From Marsupella aquatica (Eukaryota > Plantae > Marchantiophyta): a DNA stretch of 64,000 nucleotides. The position numbers and the translations under genes are program-made. Under the pieces are notes generated by a model. It did no database searches and was not told the DNA's origin. It saw nothing but the letters and a program-made list of their open reading frames with translations. The number at the start of each line of letters is the position of its first letter. Positions within the stretch are counted from its first letter, which is position 1. The DNA lies in contig OZ316891.1 of assembly GCA_973895155.1 (NCBI GenBank), positions 6,047,708 through 6,111,707 on the forward strand, written 5' to 3'. This document shows positions 1-12,067 of the stretch, piece by piece.

Positions 1-603
1 ACAGAGCCTGTATTTGAGATTTAACTCCTCGTTGTTTTTCTGAAGTAGTCGCTTCTCTTTCTGTTCGACTGATAGTTTCTCTTGCAATGATTGGCACTCG
101 AGTTTCACCCTGAGTATCTCAGCGGCATGTGCATGATTCAAGATGGCGATGTCTGCGTTGTGTACCTCCTCTAGGTCACCTCGAAATTGTCTCACTTCCT
201 TTTCGATGCTGGTGAATTTAACACGACAAGACATCCTTCGATTGTGAACGACGTGTTGAATCTGTTCAAGTAGACATGATTGTAGACATATTGACTTACG
301 AAGTCCACAATCCACCACATCCGGATGAGGCATTGTTGACTGATCTGGTTGACTCGATGGGACGCTTTCCATATCAGCCATACCGTTGGCTCCCCTGATC
401 GACACATCAGTGTTCACATTGGCCATGCCAGTCCCACATTGAAGAGGAATACCCTCTCTATTGCGATTGGGTCCTACGTATTTTTTGGAAACTGACCTCT
501 TTGACCGTGTGGGTGGCGGTGATGTGTCTTGTTCATCGAACTCATGACACTCATCAGGAGGGGGTTTTCTGGCCCTACCTCTTTTGACTACTATAGACGC
601 CAT
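1..603 (-). CDS. 5' part of a coiled-coil protein, paralog of the GIL1/IRKI-like gene at 24897-26970 (partner A1); runs off the left edge
   Basis: Hand translation from ATG 603 gives 201 stop-free codons: MASIVVKRGRARKPPP...SPPPTRSKRSVSKK...GANGMAD...LLEQIQHVVHNRRMSCRVKFTSIEKEVRQFRGDLEEVHNADIA...LLQKNNEELNLKYRLC. This aligns by eye with the 24897 ORF (SKRGRA...SSPLTRSTRSISNK, LFYQVAAVIRDRQVTWSNKI...ETAHNSEIA, LQKSNEILSLRVQLVC). The C-terminal domain lies outside the window. Confidence 0.8.
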   Translation of the reverse strand, partial: MASIVVKRGRARKPPPDECHEFDEQDTSPPPTRSKRSVSKKYVGPNRNREGIPLQCGTGMANVNTDVSIRGANGMADMESVPSSQPDQSTMPHPDVVDCGLRKSICLQSCLLEQIQHVVHNRRMSCRVKFTSIEKEVRQFRGDLEEVHNADIAILNHAHAAEILRVKLECQSLQEKLSVEQKEKRLLQKNNEELNLKYRLC

Positions 604-3600
604 GGAGGATTCGAAAATAGTCCTAGTGTGAAGATTGGTTACCCCGGAAAAAAGACAACACTAAAAAGCAACTACCATAGATACAATGCACGGCGTCACA
701 ATGTTCCACTCACTCAACCCGTTTCGGAAGCAGAACATTAAAACCGATCTTGTTTGGCGATTGTGCTAGAGCTTTGACAAATTTTGGCACAAGTAGAATT
801 GAAGTCAAGGACGCAAACAATTTGAAGTCTGGACATAGTGAACTGACATCATCCTAAGCAAAAGCACATATATGGGCCGATTGCCAAGCAATAAGCTGCG
901 TGTACTTCAATACTAGCACAGAAGGAAACTATGGAATCGAACCTGTCAAACCCACAACTCTGGATGATCATACATAGACTGCGTGAAAAGCTTGCTCCAG
1001 ATGATTCCGAAGGACTAATGGATCTTGCGTTCTTAATCCAAGAACAGAACATTCTGATCGAGAAAGTACTCGACCTATAGTATTGCATCACTCGATCTTC
1101 GGCCCCGGAACTTGGATTGAAGCTGGTCTTGCTCAAGTCTACAGTAGTACCACTCTAACGAGATACATTGGCCTCACATTAGCAACATCCTCCCACATGC
1201 TTCAAATGTAGTAACGGATCTAGTAGCGGCCCTTTGGTGAAACTTTGGGGAGAATTTGGGGAAACTAGGTACGTTATTACATTTGGGGAGACTAGGGGAA
1301 ACGATGGTTTGAGTCGTGTGTGACCAACTCGCTTTGGTTATGGACATAGTGTGCTTGTAATTAGTACTTAGCTCCTAACACAAGAAGTAATCAGGACGTA
1401 AAACAGCTCCAGCGCAGTACCGATGGCCTGCGTTAGCCGAATCAATATCTCGATAGGGCCATGGATATAGCCCAAATTAAGCTGCAAGCTGGGCACCGAT
1501 CATTCTTAAGCTTTGTATCGTCTTTGGGAGATGCCAAATTCTTACCTGGATAAATGGCTGGCGACTAACATGAAAAAAGTAACACAAGGTTCTGGCAATA
1601 AATTAGCCAAAAATAAAATAAGACAAGATTTATGACTCAATTATTTAGTCATATACCTATGTTGTCTGGCAAATGGGGTTAATCAATGACCAGATCTAAT
1701 GGCGCTCTTTGAATCTACACAAATGAGAATGGTCGAAAAACCTACGACCAAACTAGTCCTCCCAGAGCAATGAAGAGTCGCTACCGGACCTCCCCAGATT
1801 CATTAATTAAGACGGTGGTTCCTTTCATAAATTATTGAGATCGTATTGTCCATGTTTTCAAGTGAGTGTGATCTCGTTGTTGTCACTCCCATTGTAAGTT
1901 CACCAGCCTAATCACAGCAGGGTCGCCATACAGTACACGTCAATGCAATGGATAAATTCTGCTGCTCTCCAAGTCCCATTCTGTATCAAAGTAGATGTAG
2001 CCGCGCATTGATTTGCAGACCCCGTGCTGAAGTGGACAGGGAGCCGTCCGCTCTCTGGTCATCATTGATTTGTGAGTATGGGCCGCTAATTAAGGTACGA
2101 ACCTTGCAAGAGGTAGGCAACATCATTCTGTCCGATCAAAAATTCCTAGCTAAGATGACAGCATTGTATGTCGTTAGAGGCCAGTCACATCAAAATAACT
2201 CTCACGGCGCGTCTCCCAGCTAGTCTGCCGCTACTTGTTCTTTGGCGGTGTTATACATATAATCAGGCGGGAATTCTGCGAAGCACGGATGCAGTACAAC
2301 AAACTGTTGCCTCAGGCAAAGTGACGCCCTGTCGATCGGCGCAAGCAATCGACAAGATAGCAAGAAGATTCAATTGAAGTTTAATTATCCATCTTTAATT
2401 AACTACCTTGCATGCAGGGTTTTTTTTAAATGGTGAAAATCTGCCGAATGCTGCCTTGGTTAGGTCCGGCTGTTTTTTGTTGTTGAAAAATCATTTACCG
2501 ACATGACATGCTGAGGTGACAGAAGTGTGTAGTCAAGACCACACAATGGACCACACAATGGCTTGACTGTGTAAGCTCGCCGCTCGCCAGTGTCCTATCA
2601 CATAAATGTACTGATGGCCAGTGTCCTAGCTATCAAAGAAATGTACGTGATAACACCTCCGACTCACACGGGGACTCACATACCTGTATACTTGACTATG
2701 TACCAGGTAGTAATCACATTTCAAAATATAATATATACTGTGTATTATATCACTCCATGATAAACCGAAACAAAAGCCCGGATGGACTCCTACATTCTCC
2801 CCATCTATCCCCATGGACTGTGACAGGGGACAGATCATTTTACATCTAATTATGAAACTGCTCAACTGTAAATGGATTGTAAATTCTCTCATTAATTGTT
2901 TATCTATATTTCTGTCCCTCTAAGAACATTATGTGTTCACCTCAAAGTCAAATTGAGAGTGTCAAGGAAATGGAATGAAAATACACATTAAAATTTTTTC
3001 GCATCTCCGTCGCGGCAAAGTACTCGAAACACTCCTTGTAACAAGAGCAGTGCTCTCTAAAAAATAGGATTCATTAACAATAGTCCCCCCAAAAATGGAG
3101 CGAAGCTTTCAATTAAAGTGCTCTGGCCTCTGACAAAATATCTTTAAAACATGAGTGAGAACAGAGTTAGTGACAGGGTAAATCTTTGGACAGAAGTGAT
3201 GCTTTGGTCATTGACACTGTTTTATATGAACAGAAAAGTAAACACTAATATCCATGCATATTTATATGTTTTACTCCAATCCATCCAAGTTTCATTTATC
3301 CATGGGGGTTTCATGGACAACCTGCCAGTACATCCGGGCTTTAAGTTCATGATAAACCTCATTATTTTCTTTAAATATATAAATACACACAAAGTGCAAA
3401 TATCTGTAGAGATTACCTGTAGGCCAACTGCTTGGCAGCAGGTGTATTGTGAAGGGGTTCAACACCCCTATACAAAACTACATTATATTCACATTGTTAA
3501 TAGTGATTTAGTTCAGGTGTCTCGTACCTGGCTTTATTTTTACTCACAGGTTTTCCTCATTTCCTTCAAACTTGCCAAATCTTCTGATACATTCCCTAGA

Positions 3601-4703
3601 TCTGTTGCCACCTGATCCTTACCGACTGATCCTTCTGCTTGCCAAAAACATACCTTGGGATGGTCACCATCCTAAGGCATGGAACCATGAAGTCGCCACC
3701 TGTTCTTAGCACTGGGCAGTTGCCACACTGGCTACTTGCGCCACACCTTAAAACGATGAAGGAGAACTCTCTTATGAGGCGCACGAAGGTTTTCGACTTC
3801 GAGTATTTCAAGTGGGTCTATTATTACTCTATCGATTTGGTCACTCAGTGTATAAACAACACAGTTGCAAACTCCCACCCATGAATTAAAATGTCATGAC
3901 AGTTAGATCTGTTCTATGCTATACTTGATAGTTTTCAGGCAAAGCTAGGGAAGTGCGGAAATCCTGGTCGAGTAAAGTGGATGGTAAAGCTTCCTAGATT
4001 GCATTCTTTGTATGAGACCAAGAGGCCTGGAAGAGTCTGAAATCTTGAGATGAGTAGAAAATTATGAGTAGCTAGCTGCCCTGTTGCTTGACTTACTGAG
4101 ACGCCCAGTCCGTAACGCTAAAGAGACAGCGACCGTAGTACATTACGACTCTTCTGCTAGTGTTGAATGAGTGTGCGTACAGTGGTAAGAGTAAGAATTT
4201 AAGTAGTACAGACTGTAGCAAATATCAAAAAGTAATTTCATTGCTGTGAATTGTGACTCATACCCAACTAGCAAAGAATTGACTGTGAGTACAGTGATAA
4301 TGTGAGACTGGAAGTGGTACAGCAGCAATGATGGGCTTCTAGAAGTTCAAATCCTATTGTGATTGATAACCAATTAGACTATGTGCGTAAGGCGCGGTAT
4401 GGACCTCGGGAGTGATTGGCTGTACCTACGAAAGGCCAGTTTGAGTGTGGGCGTGATTGGATGAAGAGTAAGGGCGTGAGTTCAGTTTTAGTCTGCGTGA
4501 AAACAGGCCCCCAAGACTATGGTCGCTGACGAGTGAAGGGCGCCAGTCCAGTTTTAGTGGGCGTGGTGGACACAGGACATTAACTTTATGTGAACCACAT
4601 GTGTTGGTCATTGGAATGGGGGCACTTGGGTGATGAACCACATGTATTGGTCATTGGAATGGGGCACTTGGTGATTCATAGGGAGGCAGATTGAACGAAA
4701 CCA

Positions 4704-4852
4704 TATCCAGCCACTGCCCTTGACTGGGCTCGTCCATTGAACTTGCCAGGACATACTCCCAGATTTGTCGCTCGATCAGCAATTCATTTCTTCAGCTCCA
4801 TATTCGTTACGGGGCTGAATCACTCACACACTAGTACGTGAGATCGGTTTCC
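4704..4852 (+). promoter_or_regulatory. Conserved non-coding block upstream of the HSPA12-like gene (promoter or 5'UTR); homolog at 18879-19024 on the minus strand
   Basis: The motifs TATCCRGCCACTGCCC, TTACGGGG..GAAYCACT and GTGAG..ATCGGTTTCC occur in the same order a few hundred bp upstream of both full Hsp70-like genes. Confidence 0.6.
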
Positions 4853-5406
4853 TTCCGCTTGATTAATTGAACGGGCATGACATCTGTGAACCGAAGGTGC
4901 GCCTTCCGAAATTTGGTAGGTACAATTCGTTTTGGAAAAGGGTGCTCGGCACGTAGTTTGCGCCTGGCCAGTCTATTGACGTGGAGAAAGGTAAGATTGA
5001 TTCCTGATTAGCTACCAGTTAGCAAGACTTCCTATCGATCAGATGATGAATGAGAGCATTCCAAGAACGTTCGATGTCTTTATTCCGACATCTTAGCTTT
5101 TCCAAAGTAGAAGCAAGAGTTGTCCACAAGCTAGTTTAATTCGGTCCGTTGCATTCAGAGTTTGATGACACAATGTCTCGACAGTCAGGAACTAGCGTGA
5201 GCATCATTCTCGGGGATGTTTGACAAATGTATAGAAAAGTACTGGAGTTCTTGAATTTGGTGGACATAGACTCTAGGCCAGGTCTTATCTCTGAAATTTT
5301 TTATATCCTTATGTCGTGACTTGCGGCTCCAGAGGTCTTCCAACTTACTTCAAAGCGGGGCTCAAAAGGTCAACCAATCGAGCTTTTGCAGAACAATCTT
5401 GGCACT

Positions 5407-7374
5407 ATGTCGCAACGCAGGCAACGAAAATCCGTTTTGCCAGCCAGATTGGCGGATCCACCAGATCGTCAATCTAATCGTCCAGTGAGGCACAAACGTA
5501 CCAGGAACGCACCGATTTTGCCATCTTCGAAGAAGCCCAAATCGAAGGTAACGCAAGGCGTGCAGGGGGCTGCTAAATTCGTCGTCGGTATCGACTTTGG
5601 TACAACTTATTCAGGATTTGCGTTTGCGTCGATGGATGATCCGGGGAAGATTTCCACATACGAAAACTGGCCCGGTAAAGGAGAAGCTGGGGCTTTTAAA
5701 TATGGGAAAACGCAGACAAGTCTTCGGTATCTGCCAGGGAAATCTGTTGGCACTTTCAAACTCCAAGACTGGGGCTGGCCGGCGTTTGTAAATCATTGTC
5801 AGGAATTGCAGCAGAAAAAAGCCAATACGGTACTCACAACGAACTCCCCCAAAGTTGCGAAGCCATCTGTCGACCCTCCCTCAAGTCTCTTCCTCACAAA
5901 TTTCAAGTTATTTCTGGCTGATGGCGCCAGTTCACATTACACTGACAAATGCAAGCAAGAAAAGCCGCCAGAGGGGCTGTCTGTTGAACAACTCATAGCC
6001 GATTATTTGAGGGCGCTATCTACGTTTGCAATGGAAGAGCTGAAGAAAAGGTATGGCAGCTTCATACGGAAAAAGGAAGTCAAGTGGTGCTTGACAGTTC
6101 CTACAATCTGGACCGATTCCGCAAAGCATACCATGAGAATCTGCGCTGAGATGGCTGGCCTAGTCCATGGCCCTCACTGTCAGGATGAGGATGCCAGCTC
6201 GGAAGAGAATTTTGCAATTGTGTTGGAGCCGGAGGCAGCTAGTGTTTACTGTCTTCAGAAATTGAAGGACTCGCATGATCTAAAAGTCGGGAGCAAGGTC
6301 CTGGTGGTGGATGCAGGAGGCGGGACGGTGGACCTTGTAGTGCACGAGTTAGTGGACGACTCTGGTCTGCAGGTGAAAGAAGTAACGTCCAGTACAGGAG
6401 ATCTGTGTGGAAGTACTTTCGTTGACATGGCTTTCAAAAACTTTCTTGCTGAAAAAATTGGTTGTTTCCAAAAATTCAGTTCAGAGCAGCCGACCAGTAT
6501 GCTCGATATCTTAGGCAAATGGGAGGGCTTAAAATACAGCTTTGACAAGTACGGTCAACAGCTCCACATCCTGGAGCTTCCTTCAAAGCTTGCCAATGCC
6601 TGGGAGGACTATGATGGGCAAACCGGTTTGTGGAATGAAGATGCTCAATATGATGCAGTTGTAATCAAAAGAGAAGATATGAAGAGTATATTTGATGGAC
6701 AGGTCAAGAGAATACTCAAACTTGTCAACGATCAACTAATGCTCGTTCCAAAGATGGAAGCCATTTTTCTTGTGGGTGGGTTTAGCAACTCCCCGTATCT
6801 CATGGAGAGAATTCGTGCCGAATTCTCTCGTTCAGTGAAAAACATCACCAGTCCAATTGACCCTGGATCTGCGGTATGTAACGGGGCAGTGATAATGGGA
6901 ACCGTCGGTGTTGATATAATGATGTCAAGAAAGTCGAGAAAAACTTACGGGGTAAGTGTCTTTCGTCCTTTCAGTAAAGGTGATCCCCTGGCCTCCAAAG
7001 TTAATGCAGACAGTGGAGAGGATCTCTGTAAAGATGCATTCGATATTTTCACTCGGATAGGTGACGACGTCCCTGTGGATTACTGTGTGCGCCGCCGATA
7101 TGGGCCATTTAGCAAAGGTCACTCCACTATTGTGTTCACCATGTTTTCAACGACTGATCCGAAGCCCACGTTTGTCACAGACAATGGAGTTAAGAAAGTG
7201 GGTACTTGGACATACCGTCTTCCTCTTGAAGCCCAAAGGATGAAAAAGGATCCATCAATTGAGGTTGCAATGTATTTCGGACGAACTCACATCGAGATCT
7301 CAGCAGAACCCTTAAACTTCGTAGGAGGGAAAACGTCCATGTTCTCAGTGTCGTTTGACACGAAGCTTCACTAG
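5407..7374 (+). CDS. Atypical Hsp70 (HSPA12/Hsp70-12-like ATPase), intronless CDS, about 655 aa (H1)
   Basis: Actin/Hsp70 ATPase motifs VVGIDFGTTYSG, WCLTVPTIW, LEPEAAS, VVDAGGGTVD and LVGGFSNSPYL, followed by MSRKSRKTYG. No canonical Hsp70 substrate-binding signature or EEVD. The first ATG is at 5407 (the ORF track starts at TTG 5386, which overlaps a likely 3' splice site TTTTGCAG). Basic N-terminal extension. Confidence 0.92.
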   Translation: MSQRRQRKSVLPARLADPPDRQSNRPVRHKRTRNAPILPSSKKPKSKVTQGVQGAAKFVVGIDFGTTYSGFAFASMDDPGKISTYENWPGKGEAGAFKYGKTQTSLRYLPGKSVGTFKLQDWGWPAFVNHCQELQQKKANTVLTTNSPKVAKPSVDPPSSLFLTNFKLFLADGASSHYTDKCKQEKPPEGLSVEQLIADYLRALSTFAMEELKKRYGSFIRKKEVKWCLTVPTIWTDSAKHTMRICAEMAGLVHGPHCQDEDASSEENFAIVLEPEAASVYCLQKLKDSHDLKVGSKVLVVDAGGGTVDLVVHELVDDSGLQVKEVTSSTGDLCGSTFVDMAFKNFLAEKIGCFQKFSSEQPTSMLDILGKWEGLKYSFDKYGQQLHILELPSKLANAWEDYDGQTGLWNEDAQYDAVVIKREDMKSIFDGQVKRILKLVNDQLMLVPKMEAIFLVGGFSNSPYLMERIRAEFSRSVKNITSPIDPGSAVCNGAVIMGTVGVDIMMSRKSRKTYGVSVFRPFSKGDPLASKVNADSGEDLCKDAFDIFTRIGDDVPVDYCVRRRYGPFSKGHSTIVFTMFSTTDPKPTFVTDNGVKKVGTWTYRLPLEAQRMKKDPSIEVAMYFGRTHIEISAEPLNFVGGKTSMFSVSFDTKLH

Positions 7375-7703
7375 GATGTTGTCTCATGTCCTCGAATTAC
7401 ATTCAGTTGATTCCCCGTTCAGTTCATGATCAGAAGCTCGTCTCAGGGGCTACTCGAAATTGTATATATCTACCTGTCGCAGATTGAGTAGAAGACTGAA
7501 CTAGTTGTTGTTGTCCAGTCATCATATATTACTTCGTTTCAGGACACCATGTGAGCTAGAACTCTGAGGAACTGGCGTAGGCGAACCAGGTTTTCCCTCG
7601 ACCGGAAAAGTACACAATATCTTTAACCCGATGGAAAGTACAACAAACGCCTCAGGAAGTCCTTCGAGTTCACAATCGCTAACTATTAAATGTACTCTGC
7701 AAC

Positions 7704-8350
7704 CTGCTGATCTGCTTGCCCATTTTGTTAGCCCATGGTTTGCTCTTGTTTTGTGACGGGGGCCCAAAAATGCCTTCAAATCTTTGTCAAGCCCATATGA
7801 TTCTCCAAATTCTCCCAAATACAGTGTACAATACTAACGAGACTGCTGATCTGCTTGCCCATTTTGTTAGCCCATGTTTGGCTCTTGTTTTGTGGTGGGG
7901 GCCCAAAAATGCCTTCAAAACTTTGTCAAGGGCATATGATTCTCCAAATTCTCCCAAATACAGTGTACAATACTAAAGTGACTGTTGATCTGCTTGCCCA
8001 TTTTGTTAGCCCATGGTTGGCTCTTGTTTTGTGGTGGGGGCCCAAAAATGCATTCAAATCTTTGTCAAGCACATATGATTCTCCAAATTCTCCCAAAGAC
8101 AGTGTACAATACTAAAGAGACTGCTGATCTTGGCTCTTTGTTTTGTGGTGGGGGCCCAAAAATGCCTTCAAATCTTTGTCAAGCGCATATGATTCTCCAA
8201 ATTCTCCCAAATACAGTGTACAATACTAAGGAGACTGCCTCCAAATAGTGTACAATACTAAAGAGACTGCCTCCAAATTTTGCGCACGATTCATGATTCT
8301 CCAAAATACCAAAATATAGTGTACAATACTAAAGAGACTGCCCTCCAAAT
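7704..8350. repeat. Tandem array of a 139-bp unit (about 4 copies, decaying into short sub-repeats)
   Basis: CTGCTGATCTGCTTGCCCATTTTGTTAGCCCATGG...CAGTGTACAATACTAA recurs at about 7704, 7843, 7982 and 8121. Confidence 0.9.
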
Positions 8351-9788
8351 GTTTTGTCTGGGCATACTCTTTTGCGCACGATTCTTCATAAAATTAGAGA
8401 TTAAAATTAATAAAATTTTACTTCATTTTAGAATACTTTTTACTTGAAAACTTTGCGCTATAAGATCTCCCTTAGTTAGGAATAAATCCCTGTGAGCGTA
8501 TTCAAAGTGAATTTCAAATCATTCAAAATAATTTCATTTGATAATAGATAGTTAAGAAAATCTACAGTAGCTCATTCTTTCAAAGCTGACAAATGTCAGA
8601 TTAATAATTCCAGGGAAGCCCAGATGGGGGTGATTCTTACCACAGGAATGATAAACGTTCTAATCATGCATATCCTCTACCTTATATATGGACCTTTATC
8701 TGGACCAATTCATTCAAATGAGGTGTTTGTAGACTCATGGCGCTTGTTGAATTCCCAGAAACTCTAGCTATTCTGCCATTTCGACGAAACAGACTAAAGA
8801 AGACTTAAACACGATCATGACAAGCTTTCGATGTTAGTAGACATTCGATGTAGCTCGTTTATGCCTGCATGTGGTGTATGAGGTTCTTTCTTTGTTTATA
8901 GCCACGTGCGTGTAATCTTTCTTATCACGAAGAAAATGCAAGAAAGAGTAGAAAGTTGTCTATTGATAATCATTTGGAGTGGCACTTATAGGGTCTTGTT
9001 AAAGCTGCCAATAGCCCACTAGCGTTGATACGAGAACACCACACCAATACAAGGTACACGAAAGATTTGTCATCCCTCTGATTTTAACAATTTGGTCTCT
9101 CCAACCTGTGATGACTTGTCCTTCGGACATTACATGTCAGAAATCTGAAGCGGTTGTGTATGAGTTTCTTTCCTCAAAAGATATAAGTGAGAGATGTGGA
9201 AGCTTATAGTTCGTAAGCATTCCTACGGATTTCTCGACGGAGCAGCGTTCATGGAACTGCGTGCAAGGCAGCAACTAGGGAAATTGACGCCCCATTTCAT
9301 TTCTGGATACAAGGACAGACGCCAACTTCCAAAAGTCCGGTTAGTCCCATAATCTAAACGCCACCATGATGGAGAAGAACTCTTCCGAACTTCCAAAAGT
9401 CCGGTTAGTCCCATATTAATCTCAACGAATCATGCAATTGCAACATAACACATGCATGGACTGATGCAATTTATCTGAGTTGGAAAGCTTGGAAATATAG
9501 GGGTACATGTGGGAAAGAACGTCGCATAGCCACTGAAGAACACCATCGACGAACCATTTATAATCTCTCGAGATCAGAAGAATTCATTGAGGGAGAAGCC
9601 CTCCCTTTTATTAATTCAGAACATTGCAATCAAAAAATGCACATACACTATCGAGCTGGCGGCAAGTTAGACCGCAAAATATAGTGCTGCTAGGTGTCAA
9701 CAGCATCTCCCCTATGCTCAGTCAACACCTACCCCTAGGCAATTGTGCTCCTAGCTAGGTCTTTTGGGTCGTCTCGTCTAGCGCTCGT

Positions 9789-10313
9789 CTAAGGACAGGC
9801 ATTAGGCCTGGGAACTGTAGGCGGACTGGTCTCAACGAGACCCACTGCCGATATAGCAGAGGCCCACAGAATTTCCAGCGATGGAAGAACGTTGTTACAT
9901 CTCACAGCATCGATGCTGTTCACTTGGAGCTGGACATTAATAATAGTAGGGTCATCGACGATGTTCTGTAAGTCGGTGGGGACATTGTCGAAGACTGATT
10001 GGAGAGTGACCACAGCGTTTTGGGCGTCGACGCTCAGGCCTTGCACGCTAGCGAGGATCGCCAGCTGCACCGGTTCGTCGAGGGCGATCACTTTCGTGTT
10101 TGCTGCTCCTGTAGCCGGATCTGCCAGAGTGATAGCTGTATTGAGAAAGTCGTTCACTTGGCTGACGTCTTGACTCCATTGATCGATGGACGCAACAACG
10201 TCTGAGGCAGTCGGAGGATTTCTCTGGAGGAGTCTTCGACTCGCAGCAGAAGTTGGAGCAGCCAACAAAAGGAGAACAGCGAAGATCGATGCCGTTACAG
10301 ATGAGCTCTTCAT
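9789..10313 (-). CDS. Small secreted protein, 174 aa, intronless, unknown function
   Basis: Signal peptide MKSSSVTASIFAVLLLLAAPTSAA, then an SRRLLQ propeptide motif and an amphipathic helical body with 2 Cys (RC..VLP...LW and PRPNACP). TATA-like TATATATA at about 10579-10587. The start is more likely ATG 10313 than 10490. Confidence 0.85.
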   Translation of the reverse strand: MKSSSVTASIFAVLLLLAAPTSAASRRLLQRNPPTASDVVASIDQWSQDVSQVNDFLNTAITLADPATGAANTKVIALDEPVQLAILASVQGLSVDAQNAVVTLQSVFDNVPTDLQNIVDDPTIINVQLQVNSIDAVRCNNVLPSLEILWASAISAVGLVETSPPTVPRPNACP

Positions 10314-12067
10314 CTTGAAAGCTTGAACGAAACGTGAGCTATCTTGCCACCTCAAGTTCGAGTCCCGTGTGCTGTGAAGGATGTATCTACTGAGTCGAAA
10401 TGTGCTCCAGAGACAGACTGAGAGTGAGAACCGTAGGTTTGTCGTATGGAATTGTTGGCAAGCTTGCTTGAAATCCCCAAGCTTGTGCACGCGCGTCCTG
10501 CAGAGTTGGGATCCTGTGTTTCAGAATAAATCAAGGGGTAGATCTGTTGTTGTTGTGCATTTGTCAAGTGATGTTGAGATATATATACTAGTGGTAAGTG
10601 ACTGTTTTGAGTACTGGACGCGACGTTTGGGAGTCACGATCAAGACAGCCCAGATGGTGGCTGTTGTGAGTATGTAGGCGACGTTTGGAGTGTTCTGGAC
10701 TATTTTCGGCCCCACAAACGCGTTGACTGTGTCAATCAATTTGGACTATCTCAGTAAACTTCTTTCGAAGCTATTTCGTCAGTGAGACACAATTTCGATA
10801 CGACACAATTCCAGTGGGTCCAAGCGAAGATTGAACGCACACACGACAAGTTTTGAGATCTGGCAAGGCAGTTCTCGATTGGGTGCTGGAGAGCTAAGCG
10901 CCTCCCAAGGAAACGAGGGCGGGGCGTGAGGGACACGAGGAGCAAGGAGGCAGCGCGCAGGCGACGAGCGAGCGGGGCAGGTGCGGAGTTGCCGTTACTA
11001 CTTCGCGTGTATTTCAGCGTTTTCTGTTTCGAGCTTTTCTCGTCCGCGTCGGGGGATTAAACAGCTCTCAGCTCTCATTCGTATCAACGCCATTCACAGT
11101 TGCATGCTTTCGTGATGAGCATGAGTCCTGTCATGCGCTGTGAGCGAGAGGTACAATGTGGACAAGGCCTGGGCCTCGCCTTGCTTTAGATTTTCCGAGA
11201 CTTTGTTTGGAAGCTAGCACCAACGTCTACTTATCTGGCTGCACATTTGGCAGGAGCCAGCAGCTTCGCGACTTCGTCAGCCAACATCCTCCTGGACCAG
11301 TAACGTACCGTGAGTTACTCTCACCGGGTTGGCAAGTACAGTCTGTGGCTTCTGTCCGGACCAGTCGCGAAACAGCTGAAGTTGAGAGTGAAGAATGTGG
11401 TGATAGAATTGGACCTAACCTGAGAAGTGTCTGAGTTTTTTCGTTGTAACCAAACTAATCTTAGACTCGCGCGATCCGAGAGCAAGTGAACTCATTTATC
11501 GTTGGTAATCAAGAGTACTATATTGCACAGCCTTTAGTTGCCGGGTCAATCCGTCTGAGTCAAAGGCGCATTAATAAGTAGGCTCTATGATTCGCAGCTA
11601 CATCCTCAGATCCCAGTCAATCTTAAACAAAGAAGCACTGCAGTGACTGAAAGAGGAAACCAGGTTCACGTGTATAAATTCTTTCCGAGTCTCATTATTT
11701 TCCCAGTTAGCTTTTCTGAATCCATTTGGACATGTGGATCGTGCATTATAACAATGCCTGGCTTGCTTATTTGATTTGGCGGTCATAACGATCATGAGAA
11801 ATATTTTCCGTGCGAGTGATTTCATATGCTCCCTTTATCAAATCCTTCGTCCAAGAGCTAGGGTTTTCCGATCAGACGCAATTGTTAATGTTGTGTATGT
11901 CGTGGGTTTACATGTTCGTCTTCCAGGATATACCTATCCTCCCCATTCCATATTGGTTTCCTTGAATATAGGATGGGTACAAGCAGAAAAACACTCCACA
12001 TTGTTAATCATTGTTGTATGATATGCGCCAGTCCCAAGTAGAAAGATCAAGACGTCTACTTGAAAAC

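Noticed and set aside
3151-3615. 154-aa ORF in the pair-1 spacer as a third module gene
   Set aside because: AT-rich, no motifs, and no counterpart seen in the pair-2 spacer.
7704-8350. CRISPR-like array, or repeat-derived ORFs (7716-8248)
   Set aside because: The units are contiguous with no unique spacers, the context is eukaryotic, and the ORFs are by-products of the repeat.
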